A DNA stretch of 64,000 nucleotides from Minisyncoccota bacterium (lineage in GTDB: Bacteria > Patescibacteriota > Minisyncoccia > Phycocordibacterales > UBA918). A program made the position numbers and the translations under genes. The stretch is from contig JAIPIB010000001.1 of assembly GCA_021734905.1 (NCBI GenBank), forward strand, positions 71,476-135,475. Reading direction: 5' to 3'. Below, in pieces: positions 49,086-58,649 of this stretch; within the stretch, counting starts at the first letter, position 1, and each line of letters starts with the position of its first letter. Below the pieces are notes generated by a model. That model saw only the letters and a program-made list of their open reading frames with translations. It was not told where the DNA came from and searched no databases.

Positions 49086-49796
49086 ATGAAACGAATAACA
49101 ATTTCTGGAGGTTTTGATCCGATACATCCTGGACACATTGCGATGATTGAGGATGCAAAGAAGTTTGGTGAGGTACACGTAATTGTAAACAGTGATGATT
49201 GGCTTATACGAAAGAAGGGTTTCTTTTTTCAACCGTGGACAGATCGTAAAAAAATCCTTGAAGCGTATACACCACATGTTTATGATGTCGATGATTCTGA
49301 TGGTACTGTCTGTGAAGCACTTCGTCGTATTAGGCCAGACTATTTTGGAAATGGCGGTGATAGGGGAAAGACAAATACTCCAGAATTAAATGTGTGTGAG
49401 GAGCTCGGTATAGAGCCGGTTTTTGAACTTGGTGGAGGGAAATATTCTTCAAGCTCAGCATTGAATGCAAAACAGCGAGTGAGTACACGATGGGGTTGGT
49501 TTGACGTTATCCTTGATATGCACGCACTGAAAGTAAAAATGCTTCATATTGAAGCAGGGAAATCATTATCGCTCCAAAAGCATGGTGACAGGAGTGAGTT
49601 CTTTTTTATGCCTACCGGAGAAGTGAGGGTAAATCTTCCTGGCGTATGGCATGTGCTTGAAGCACCAAGCGACCAAGACCTGGATGTTCTCGAGGTCCAA
49701 ATGGGAATTTCGGCAGAGGAAGATATTGATAAGATACATGAGACTCATGAGTCGTTTGACGTTGAAAAAGTAAAGAAAATACTTCTGAATAGATAG
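49086..49796 (+). CDS. Fusion of a HIGH-motif (cytidylyltransferase-like, RfaE-domain-II/TagD-type) nucleotidyltransferase with a PMI-type cupin
   Basis: N-terminal ISGGFDPIHPGHIAMIEDAKKFG (HxGH). C-terminal RWGWFDVILDMHALKVKMLHIEAGKSLSLQKHGDRSEFFFMPTGEVRV parallels the ManC PMI cupin (RPWGxY...KVKRI.V.PG..LS.Q.H.HR.E.W). Confidence 0.65.
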   Translation: MKRITISGGFDPIHPGHIAMIEDAKKFGEVHVIVNSDDWLIRKKGFFFQPWTDRKKILEAYTPHVYDVDDSDGTVCEALRRIRPDYFGNGGDRGKTNTPELNVCEELGIEPVFELGGGKYSSSSALNAKQRVSTRWGWFDVILDMHALKVKMLHIEAGKSLSLQKHGDRSEFFFMPTGEVRVNLPGVWHVLEAPSDQDLDVLEVQMGISAEEDIDKIHETHESFDVEKVKKILLNR

Positions 49797-49863
49797 CTAT
49801 GAAAATTATTATACACAAGGGTGTTATTATATGTTTTCAATAATATTTTTTTGACACATCATT

Positions 49864-50571
49864 ATGAGTAACACTACTAACGAAACATTTTCTTATACAG
49901 GAGGGGCAGCACTCGAAAACATGAATGAAGCCGTTCGATACAATCAAGCGCTTCTCAATTTAATTTATCGAACTGACATAACCAAAACGTCTAGGATACT
50001 TGATTTTGGTGCAGGAATGGGCACGTTTTCAAAATTGCTTCGTGAAGAAGGCTATAAGGTTGACTGTCTTGAAGTTGACCCCACAGAGAGTGCTTATTTG
50101 CGCGGTGCAGGTTTTACTGTTTTTGAGAATCTACTCGAGGTTCCTGATGGTGTGTACGATAGCATTTACAGTCTTAACGTGCTTGAACATATAGAAGATC
50201 ATGCTGGGGCTCTCTCTGAATTGCAGAAAAAATTGAAAGTTGGTGGCAGACTATTCTTGTATGTTCCTGCATTTCAATCTCTTTATTCCGAATTTGATGC
50301 CATGTTAGGTCATTTTCGTCGATATAAATTATCTGATCTACAAACACTACTCGAAGCTAGCCACTTCAGTATTCTTGATATTCGTTATTATGATACGCTC
50401 GGCTTTCTTGCTGCATACATGTTTAAGTTACTTCGTTCAAAACCAGAGCAGGTTACGCGAAGAAAGATATGGATATTCGATCGACTCATCTTCCCATGTA
50501 ACCGCATTTTTGATCCGTTATTTCGGAGGTGGTTTGGAAAAAATATCTTTGCATTGTGTATTAAAAAATAG
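49864..50571 (+). CDS. Class I SAM-dependent methyltransferase
   Basis: ILDFGAGMGTFSKLL motif I and LNVLEHIEDH. Confidence 0.7.
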   Translation: MSNTTNETFSYTGGAALENMNEAVRYNQALLNLIYRTDITKTSRILDFGAGMGTFSKLLREEGYKVDCLEVDPTESAYLRGAGFTVFENLLEVPDGVYDSIYSLNVLEHIEDHAGALSELQKKLKVGGRLFLYVPAFQSLYSEFDAMLGHFRRYKLSDLQTLLEASHFSILDIRYYDTLGFLAAYMFKLLRSKPEQVTRRKIWIFDRLIFPCNRIFDPLFRRWFGKNIFALCIKK

Positions 50572-50631
50572 AGATTTCATACCATATGCATATTCATTAA
50601 ATATGCTACAATCCCAGCAAATTTAACTGAT

Positions 50632-51756
50632 ATGATAGATGCCTTGCGTCCATATGTATTCCTCGGTGTTGCAGTAATTGTTGCGACGTTAAGTTTTCTT
50701 GTGATTGGTCCATTTAATATGAATATTGATGGAGATATCTATGTTGCACAGGTTGAACAATTCGAATCTGGACAAGTAACCAATGTGCCATACAATGTTG
50801 CGCAACGTGCGTTTAAGCCAGCGGTTGGTGTATTAGGAAGTTTGCTTGTACCATTTTTTACACCAACTGAAGCAATCCAATTCCTAAACCTCTTAATACT
50901 TTTCGCATTACCGTTTGTTGCATTCAAATTTTTCTGTGAGTGTGGTTTCACAGAGAAAGAAGCGACATGGGGAGCAGTCTGGCTTATGACCGGGTATCCT
51001 GTCTTGAAATATGGACTTGCGATTAGTACAGATATGGGAAGTTGGCTTTTCGCACTCGCAAGTGCATATTTTGTACTTAAAGGCTTACGCACGGATTCAT
51101 ATCGAACGATTCTTCTCGCGTCACTCCTTGGATTTATTGGAGGAACAATAAAAGAGCCTGGAGTTTTTGGGCTTTTCTTCGGAGCTATATACATCGCTTT
51201 TACATATGCACAACGACCAATACAAAAAACTATTACACTACTTTCGGTTCTAGCACTTCCAGCATTTATCTGTGAAACGATACTTTTTTCAGTACTCATA
51301 TACGCCGGATTTCCAACATTTTTGGATTGGTATAGTGTCGTCACCGTTGAAAAGTTTGCAGCAGAGCATTACCAGCTATTACAATTTGCTGGGGTCCTTG
51401 CTTCCACGTTTAGTATTCTGCTTGTGTATGCATTGATAGGATTTATTTCTGTTCTGTACAGACGTGTACGACTTTATGACACGACGCATGCATTTACAGC
51501 AGCAGTTCTTCTAACGTCGTTACCAATATTACTTTGGAAAATATTTATTTCGCGAGTTCTTTTTATTCAGTTTATATTTTTTATACCGATGGCACTACTC
51601 GGAGTACGTACGCTCAACGAGTATGTTGGGAGCAGGAAGAGCGTATTAAAATTACAGACCGTTTTATACGTATTACCAATCATCTGCTCTGTGGGGCTTT
51701 TCTTGCTCGCTGGTCGAGGGTCACTCTTTGACCTATTCACTAGAATATTTGGGTAG
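50632..51756 (+). CDS. Polytopic membrane protein (374 aa, about 10 TM). GtrC/GT-C-like candidate.
   Basis: Converges on and overlaps the 3' end of gtrA by 24 nt. No soluble domain. Confidence 0.5.
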   Translation: MIDALRPYVFLGVAVIVATLSFLVIGPFNMNIDGDIYVAQVEQFESGQVTNVPYNVAQRAFKPAVGVLGSLLVPFFTPTEAIQFLNLLILFALPFVAFKFFCECGFTEKEATWGAVWLMTGYPVLKYGLAISTDMGSWLFALASAYFVLKGLRTDSYRTILLASLLGFIGGTIKEPGVFGLFFGAIYIAFTYAQRPIQKTITLLSVLALPAFICETILFSVLIYAGFPTFLDWYSVVTVEKFAAEHYQLLQFAGVLASTFSILLVYALIGFISVLYRRVRLYDTTHAFTAAVLLTSLPILLWKIFISRVLFIQFIFFIPMALLGVRTLNEYVGSRKSVLKLQTVLYVLPIICSVGLFLLAGRGSLFDLFTRIFG

Positions 51757-52164
51757 GTTATTTTCCTTGTTTTTGAATAGCTTACTGTAGGCAAGATACG
51801 ACCATACTGCGATGATCATTGCTACCACGATTTGCGCAACAACCGGGGCAAGGCCAACGCGCTCGACAAAGAAAATCATGAGTACATAGTTTACAAAAAA
51901 GTTCATTGAGGCAACAAGAAAGAAAAGTAGGGACTGTTTGTGGACTGTTTGCGTATCAGTGTTTCGGAAAGTAAAAAACTTTTGCATTATAAAATTAAAC
52001 GTAACAGCACCAAGAAAACCAAATGTTGTTGCGTACCGGTACCAAACATCAAATACATCAGTCAGTATGAATACGATACCAATATGGATCGATGCACTCG
52101 TTCCTCCTGAAAATAGAAAACGAAATATTCTTATCCCAAATATTTTTTTTGTCAGTTGATACAT
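51733..52164 (-). CDS. GtrA-family polyprenyl-phosphate-sugar flippase-like protein
   Basis: 143 aa with 4 TM helices. FLFSGGTSASIHIGIVFIL...FNFIMQKFFTFRN is characteristic of GtrA. Confidence 0.7.
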   Translation of the reverse strand: MYQLTKKIFGIRIFRFLFSGGTSASIHIGIVFILTDVFDVWYRYATTFGFLGAVTFNFIMQKFFTFRNTDTQTVHKQSLLFFLVASMNFFVNYVLMIFFVERVGLAPVVAQIVVAMIIAVWSYLAYSKLFKNKENNLPKYSSE

Positions 52165-52173
52165 TTTGTTACG

Positions 52174-52884
52174 TTAATCGGTGAAACGGTATTTAATGAG
52201 AGTCCAAACTCCCTCGATGCCATCCCGCCAGTTTATTTTTTTCCCGTCGGCAACTGACCGTGGATAGTATGAGATTGGAACTTCATGAATTGGAATCTTT
52301 CTTTTGGCAATCTTCGCAGTTATTTCAGGGCAGAATTCGAAACCTGTACAGGCGAGAGGGATACTTTTGAGAAGGTTTGCTCTAAATACTTTATAACAGG
52401 TTGGTTCGTCAGTGATTCTGGTGTTGTAGAGAAGATTTGTCTGTATAGTGAGCACCATACCCCCAACATAAAACCAAAAACCTGAATATTGAGCATTCTC
52501 TTTCTTGAGTCTTCTTGAGCCATACACGACGTCCGCAGTGTTGTTTAGTATTGGTGCAATGAGAAGTTTAAAGTCCTCTGGGTCATATTCTAAATCAGCA
52601 TCCTGGATAATAATAATTGTACCAGTGCAGTGGGCAATTGCGGTACGAATTGCAGAACCCTTGCCCTGGTTTTTTTGCGATAATAATGTAATTGGTAGTG
52701 TTGGATTGTGAGCGATGAATGTCTCGACTTGCTCGATGGTTTGGTCAATTGAACCATCATTAACAATGATGATCTCCTTAGATACACCCATTGCCTCAAG
52801 ATCCACAGCGTGGATTTTTTCAAGGATCTTTTGGATCGTTGACTCTTCATTGTAAGCAGGGATTATAATTGATAGTCGATGCAT
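52174..52884 (-). CDS. GT2 polyprenyl-phosphate hexosyltransferase (GtrB/DPM1-like)
   Basis: LSIIIPAYNEE, IIVNDGSID and QDADLEYDP (DXD) motifs. Confidence 0.8.
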   Translation of the reverse strand: MHRLSIIIPAYNEESTIQKILEKIHAVDLEAMGVSKEIIIVNDGSIDQTIEQVETFIAHNPTLPITLLSQKNQGKGSAIRTAIAHCTGTIIIIQDADLEYDPEDFKLLIAPILNNTADVVYGSRRLKKENAQYSGFWFYVGGMVLTIQTNLLYNTRITDEPTCYKVFRANLLKSIPLACTGFEFCPEITAKIAKRKIPIHEVPISYYPRSVADGKKINWRDGIEGVWTLIKYRFTD

Positions 52885-53008
52885 GAGTATTTCGTGAAAA
52901 TAAAGTGAGTGTGGCTAGTATATCACGCCTCTGTTTTTGAACGAGTATTCGCATACCACCTCTTTTGTGAGAGATGCTACTTTTCAACATTCTCAGATGT
53001 TATAGTGT

Positions 53009-54685
53009 TTGTCACTTAGAATAAATAAATTATATATGAATACAGAGCATGCTGATATCCTACATCTTCCGCGACTTAATCTGCGTGGAAGGCAACTCCA
53101 CGATCTTGAGGTGATGCTCGTGGGTGGATTTCTTCCTGTAACGGGATTTATGGATGAGGAGGATTATACTTCTGTAGTAGAGACAATGCGACTCAAAAAC
53201 GGTTCACTTTTTCCTATTCCGATTGTGCTCGATATTCCTGCAAAGAGTCCGTATGTCGTTGGCGACAAAATTTTGCTCTGTGATTCTTTTGGTAACCCCC
53301 TCTCAGTTATGGATGTCACCTCACGGTTTACACCAGATAAAAAAAGGGAAGCGCAGGCTGTGTATGGAACTGAAGATACTATGCATCCAGGGGTACAGTA
53401 TCTTTTCAGTGAAATGCATGACACCTACATTGGAGGAACACTATCGAAGCTTGCGCTTCCAATTCGAAACGACTTCAAACAATTTAGAAAAACACCGGAA
53501 GAACTTAAGGTTATATTTAAGGAGAAAGGATGGGACAGGGTTGTTGGTTTCCAGACGCGCAACCCAATGCATCGTGCACATTTTGAGCTTGTTAAACGCG
53601 CATATGAAAAAGTCGGTGCCCCCGTGCTCGTACACCCTGTTGTTGGGATGACAAAGCCTGGCGATATTGATTACGTGACGAGAGTTCGTACGTATAACAT
53701 TGTCTGTAATAGTTATGGAAAGGATTTTACGTATCTTTCCCTCTTGCCACTTGCTATGCGTATGGCAGGCCCACGAGAGGCCGTATGGCATGCGATTATT
53801 CGAAAGAATTACGGGTGTACGCATTTTATCTCTGGGCGCGATCATGCAGGTCCTGGCAAAGGGAGTGATGGAAAAGATTTTTATGGACCATATGACGCGC
53901 GCGATCTTGCACTTAAATATGCTGATGAGATAGGCATTACTATCATTGCATCTGATGAGCTTGCATATTCTAAGACGCGACAATCGTATGTCGCCGCTGA
54001 CGAAGTGACTCATGAAGATGAAATTGAGAATATTTCAGGTACTGAATTTAGAAGGAAGCTGCGTGAAGGTGAAGATATTCCCGAATGGTTTTCGTTTAAG
54101 GAAAGCATTGATATATTGCGTGAAAGTGTCCGAAAGGATATTCGACCCGGTGTCACTTTCTTTTTTACAGGACTCTCATGTTCTGGTAAGTCGACACTCG
54201 CCCAACTACTTCTTGCTCGTCTTCAAGAAATTCAAGATCGTGAAGTGACATTCCTTGACGGTGACGTCATTCGTGAAAATCTTTCAAAAGGCCTCGGTTT
54301 CTCAAAGGAGGATCGGGATGAAAATGTAAAGAGAGTTGGGTTTGTTGCTAGTGAAGTGGTGAAGCACGGAGGAATAGCCATTTGTTCACTTATTGCACCA
54401 TACCGTGATACGCGTCGATATGTGCGAAATATGATAGAGCACCATGGTGAGTTTATTGAAATATTCGTGAATGCGTCTGTTGATGAGTGTGCGAGGCGCG
54501 ATACAAAGGGTCTCTATGAAAAGGCCCGCAAGGGACTCATTAAGGGATTTACTGGTGTTGATGACCCATATGAAGAGCCTGAAAATCCAGAGCTCATTGC
54601 CTTGACTGAAGAAAATTCTCCGGAAGTAATTGTCGAAGAAATACTGAAATATCTACATGAACGTGAGATATTCAAGCGGAAGTAG
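53009..54685 (+). CDS. Bifunctional sulfate adenylyltransferase (ATP sulfurylase) / adenylylsulfate kinase (PAPS synthase)
   Basis: N-terminal GFQTRNPMHRAHFEL (QTRN/HRAH ATP-sulfurylase motifs). C-terminal VTFFFTGLSCSGKSTLA P-loop and APS-kinase fold. Confidence 0.85.
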   Translation: MSLRINKLYMNTEHADILHLPRLNLRGRQLHDLEVMLVGGFLPVTGFMDEEDYTSVVETMRLKNGSLFPIPIVLDIPAKSPYVVGDKILLCDSFGNPLSVMDVTSRFTPDKKREAQAVYGTEDTMHPGVQYLFSEMHDTYIGGTLSKLALPIRNDFKQFRKTPEELKVIFKEKGWDRVVGFQTRNPMHRAHFELVKRAYEKVGAPVLVHPVVGMTKPGDIDYVTRVRTYNIVCNSYGKDFTYLSLLPLAMRMAGPREAVWHAIIRKNYGCTHFISGRDHAGPGKGSDGKDFYGPYDARDLALKYADEIGITIIASDELAYSKTRQSYVAADEVTHEDEIENISGTEFRRKLREGEDIPEWFSFKESIDILRESVRKDIRPGVTFFFTGLSCSGKSTLAQLLLARLQEIQDREVTFLDGDVIRENLSKGLGFSKEDRDENVKRVGFVASEVVKHGGIAICSLIAPYRDTRRYVRNMIEHHGEFIEIFVNASVDECARRDTKGLYEKARKGLIKGFTGVDDPYEEPENPELIALTEENSPEVIVEEILKYLHEREIFKRK

Positions 54686-54892
54686 GTTTGATTTGGTGTA
54701 TAAAAAAAGCAAATCACCAAGTGCTTTATTGACGAAAGAGTTGACTTATTGCATTCAGAAGATTCTTTGTACAGGGTAGGGGTTGCCATGGTATAGTTTT
54801 TGTCATATGAGTTTTCTGCAGACTACTACATAAGGGGTGATGTTGTGGTAGATACAGAAACAAATGTTATTAATGATTAATTTCAAAATAGG

Positions 54893-57112
54893 ATGAAAGA
54901 TATTGCAAAAGGATTAGTGTACATGGGGATTTTTGCCATCCCTTTCATTCCGCTTATCATCTCTAATTCAATGTTCTTCCCATTTATTACTGGAAAGAAC
55001 TTCACATTCCGTATCCTTGTCGAAATCGTTTTTATTGCATGGATAATTCTCGCTGCGTATGAGCCAGCGTATCGACCGAAACGTTCGGCGATAGCGTTGA
55101 GTTTCCTTTTGTTTCTTGTTGTTATGTTTGTCGCTAATATTAATGGGCAATATCCATTAAAAAGTTTTTGGAGTAACTTTGAACGAATGGAAGGATACGT
55201 AACACTCGTACATACTTTCGCCTATATGCTTGTTCTCGGAAGTGTGTTTACGACCCAAAAAATTTGGGATAGGTATTTTATGACCATCATTGGTTCAGCA
55301 ATGATTCTTTCTCTGTACGCATTTGCACAGCTTTCTGGAAATATTGTCATCAATCAAGGTGGGGGACGACTTGATGGAACACTTGGGAATTCTGCCTATA
55401 TGGCAATCTACACGCTCTTCCTTATTTTTATAACATTTTTTATGCTGCTCCGAACTCAGAGCAAAGGCATGCGATATGGGTATAGTGCACTCATACTTCT
55501 CTTCATGTATTTATTACTGCAGACTGCCACTCGAGGAACAGTACTAGGTCTCGTAGGAGGTATGTTTATTGCTGTCTCTTATATCGCATTATTAATAAAA
55601 AGTCATCCACATGTACGTAAGTACGCAGTTGGTGGATTGGTGGCAATAGTAGCGAGTGTGACACTTTTCATTACATTTAAGGAATCTTCTTTCATTCAAG
55701 GAAATCCCTATCTCGCACGTATTGCAACTATTTCTTTAAAAGAAGGATCAAACCGTTTTGAAATTTGGAGCATGGCATTTGAGGGGGTAAAAGAACGTCC
55801 ACTTCTTGGATGGGGGCAAGGAAACTACAATTATGTCTTTAACAAGTACTATGAGCCTGAACTTCATGGGGGAGAAGCATGGTTCGACCGTGTTCATAAT
55901 ATTGTTATGGATTGGTTGATTGCTGGTGGATTCATTGGTGCCGTTGCCTATTTCTCAATTCTTGGTTCTGCAGTGTACTATCTTTTCTTCCGCCCACTCT
56001 TCAAGAAGGATGATGAAGCGTTTACTGTCGTGGAACGTGGAGTTCTCTTGGGAATTCTTGCAGGGTACACAGTACACAATCTCTTTGTGTTCGATAATAT
56101 TGTGAGTTATGTGTTTTATGGAACGATACTCGCATATATTCATTCACGGACAAGTACTGGTATTCCTGCACTTGAGCGGTGGAAGATCGATGTTCGTGTT
56201 GTTGAACAGGTAGTAGTTCCTGTTATGACAATCCTCCTTGTCATAACAGTCTACTTTGTAAATGTTCCAGCTATACAGGCATCGAAAGATATTATTAACG
56301 CATTCCGAGCAAAAGATCCGAATGAGATGCTTAAAAATTTTGATATTGCTCTTGCACGAAATTCGTTTGGAAATCAAGAGATACGCGAACAACTTACTCA
56401 ACGTGCGCAATCAGTCTTTCAAGATCCGAACGCACCAGAAGCATTAAAACAGAAGACGTTTAAACGTGTTGAAGAGGAGTTGCAAAAGCAGATAGAAGAG
56501 AAGCCCAATGATGCAAGAGTCGAGGTGTTTATCAGCTCATTCTATCGAATGACTAATAATCTTGATCAGGCGGTTACTCACCTTGAGAAAGCTCGATCAC
56601 TTTCCCCACGAAAGCAGCTCATTATCTTTGAGCAAGGTACGGTAGCATTGCAGAAACAGGAATTCGAGAAAGCTACAGAATTCTTTAAGGAGGCTTACGA
56701 ACTTGGACCACAGTTTATAGAGTCGCGTGTGTATTACGCAACCGCATTGGTTTATGGTGGGCAACTTGGGCTTGTTGGCGACCTTATCCAAACAGAAGAA
56801 CAGAAGAATGCCTTTGCAGTAAATGAAAATGCAGTTAGAGCAGTTTACCAGGCAAAAATGTATCCAATGCTTAAAGATATGTTTGCGCGACAAATTGTGC
56901 TAAATCCAAACAATGGACAAGTAAGAACGAATCTTGCGTATGTATTGAGCGAGACGGGAGATACTGCAGGAGCAATCGACGTCCTTACAAAGGCAGGAGA
57001 GGATATTCCAAGTTTCAAGGAACAGGCGGATCAATTTATAGCAACCATTAAAAATGAAGATCCTGCAACACCGACTGTAGAAATTAATGGGCAGAAAGTT
57101 CAGACTGAATAA
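54893..57112 (+). CDS. O-antigen ligase/polymerase-like (Wzy_C) membrane domain fused to C-terminal TPR repeats
   Basis: About 12 TM helices with a periplasmic loop TRGTVLGLVGG...LLGWGQGNY. C-terminal roughly 250 aa show TPR-like repeats. Confidence 0.7.
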   Translation: MKDIAKGLVYMGIFAIPFIPLIISNSMFFPFITGKNFTFRILVEIVFIAWIILAAYEPAYRPKRSAIALSFLLFLVVMFVANINGQYPLKSFWSNFERMEGYVTLVHTFAYMLVLGSVFTTQKIWDRYFMTIIGSAMILSLYAFAQLSGNIVINQGGGRLDGTLGNSAYMAIYTLFLIFITFFMLLRTQSKGMRYGYSALILLFMYLLLQTATRGTVLGLVGGMFIAVSYIALLIKSHPHVRKYAVGGLVAIVASVTLFITFKESSFIQGNPYLARIATISLKEGSNRFEIWSMAFEGVKERPLLGWGQGNYNYVFNKYYEPELHGGEAWFDRVHNIVMDWLIAGGFIGAVAYFSILGSAVYYLFFRPLFKKDDEAFTVVERGVLLGILAGYTVHNLFVFDNIVSYVFYGTILAYIHSRTSTGIPALERWKIDVRVVEQVVVPVMTILLVITVYFVNVPAIQASKDIINAFRAKDPNEMLKNFDIALARNSFGNQEIREQLTQRAQSVFQDPNAPEALKQKTFKRVEEELQKQIEEKPNDARVEVFISSFYRMTNNLDQAVTHLEKARSLSPRKQLIIFEQGTVALQKQEFEKATEFFKEAYELGPQFIESRVYYATALVYGGQLGLVGDLIQTEEQKNAFAVNENAVRAVYQAKMYPMLKDMFARQIVLNPNNGQVRTNLAYVLSETGDTAGAIDVLTKAGEDIPSFKEQADQFIATIKNEDPATPTVEINGQKVQTE

Positions 57113-57161
57113 AGATTTTGAAGTAGCTATCCGCACCAGTGAATTTTAATGGAAAGATAGT

Positions 57162-58259
57162 GTGTACATGAATAATTTTAATATTCAACAAAATATTCCG
57201 CTTGCACAACATACCACGCTTGGTATTGGGGGCATGGCGGAATATTTTGTTGAAGTGAAAACAGAGTCTGAACTCATGGAAGCTCTCACATGGGCAGGTA
57301 ATCAAAATTTGGCCGTTACAGTCCTTGGTGGAGGATCGAATGTTCTTATTGCAGATGAAGGTGTGTCTGGTGTTGTCATTAAGATGAGTTGCGGCGGAAT
57401 TTTTTTTAAGGAAGATGATGATGGAGTAAGTATACTTGCTAGTGTGTCTGCTGGTGAATCATGGGACCGTTTTGTAGAAGCCACAGCTGAAAGAGCTCTA
57501 TGGGGACTTGAAAATCTTTCAGGTATTCCGGGACGCGTTGGCGCCGCACCAGTTCAGAATATTAACGCATACGGCGTTTCTGTAGGTGATGTGATTGAAC
57601 GAGTTCATGCAATCAATATTTCAACAAGAGAAAAAGTAATATTTACTAAAGAAGAATGCAAGTTCGCATATAGGGATAGTTTTTTTAAAACAGAAAAAGG
57701 AAGAGAGTACATCATTACATCTGTACAGTTTCGCTTAACTTCTCAGAACGACATACATACAACATATAAAAGTTCTTCACAAAGCATTGAGCAATATTTT
57801 TTGAAAAATAAAATTACCAGTCCGAATTCTGAAGACGTTCGGAGAGCAGTCCTTTTTGTTCGTAAAAACATCGGCATGCTTGATGGAATCTATAAATCAG
57901 CAGGGTCATTCTTTAAAAACATCGTCCTTGGATTTGAAGAATTCAAAGAACTCCAAAAAATTATTGCGAATGAATATCAAGATAAATCAGAAATATTTGC
58001 ACCATGGCATTGGATACTTGCAGACGGGACAGTGAAAGTTTCAACAGCATTTCTTATGGAGTGTACAGAATACAATAAAGCATATGGCACTAAAAGTAAG
58101 AATGGAGTAGTAGGTATTTCTCCGTTGCACACACTCTCAATCATCAATTATGGAAATGCGCGATCGAGAGATGTAAAAATTTTCTCTGATAATATTTGTG
58201 ATGTAATCCAAAAAAAATTTGGAGTTGAAATTGAAAAAGAAGTTTGCTATCTCGAATAA
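57162..58259 (+). CDS. murB: UDP-N-acetylenolpyruvoylglucosamine reductase
   Basis: FAD-binding GGGSNVL, GLENLSGIPGRVGAAPVQNINAYGV, KEECKFAYRDSFFK and AGSFFKN align with E. coli MurB. Confidence 0.85.
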   Translation: MYMNNFNIQQNIPLAQHTTLGIGGMAEYFVEVKTESELMEALTWAGNQNLAVTVLGGGSNVLIADEGVSGVVIKMSCGGIFFKEDDDGVSILASVSAGESWDRFVEATAERALWGLENLSGIPGRVGAAPVQNINAYGVSVGDVIERVHAINISTREKVIFTKEECKFAYRDSFFKTEKGREYIITSVQFRLTSQNDIHTTYKSSSQSIEQYFLKNKITSPNSEDVRRAVLFVRKNIGMLDGIYKSAGSFFKNIVLGFEEFKELQKIIANEYQDKSEIFAPWHWILADGTVKVSTAFLMECTEYNKAYGTKSKNGVVGISPLHTLSIINYGNARSRDVKIFSDNICDVIQKKFGVEIEKEVCYLE

Positions 58260-58453
58260 AATAATTTTATAAAAATATTTCATTCAAATTTTTTTTACAA
58301 AAATAATTATCCACACATTGTTTGAAATTTTTTCTTGTGTAATTTTTTCTATCACTGATAATGTAGTTAAGCAGATGTTCTCTTTGTACAAGCTCTTTGA
58401 GAAGAGAATAATGCGGTCGAATTGTTAATGGTAAAAATTTTCAATTTCATATC

Positions 58454-58621
58454 ATGCCAGCAAAAAAGAAAGTTGCCAAAAAAGTTGCTAAGAAAGTTGT
58501 AAAAAAGAAAGTTGCAAAAAAAGTTGCAAAAAAGACAACTAAGAAAGTAGCTAAGAAGGCTCCAGCAAAAAAGAAAGTTGCTAAGAAGACCGCAAAACGA
58601 AAGACAGCAAAACGAGCATAG
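58454..58621 (+). CDS. Histone-H1-like lysine/alanine-rich basic mini-protein (55 aa)
   Basis: MPAKKKVAKKVAKKVVKKKVAKKVAKKTTKKVAKKAPAKKKVAKKTAKRKTAKRA, built of (AKKV)n repeats. Followed at 58651-58690 by a canonical hairpin and T8 terminator. The antisense ORF 58367..58666 is an artefact. Confidence 0.55.
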   Translation: MPAKKKVAKKVAKKVVKKKVAKKVAKKTTKKVAKKAPAKKKVAKKTAKRKTAKRA

Positions 58622-58649
58622 TCTCAGGAGTAGCGTGTCTTCCAACACA

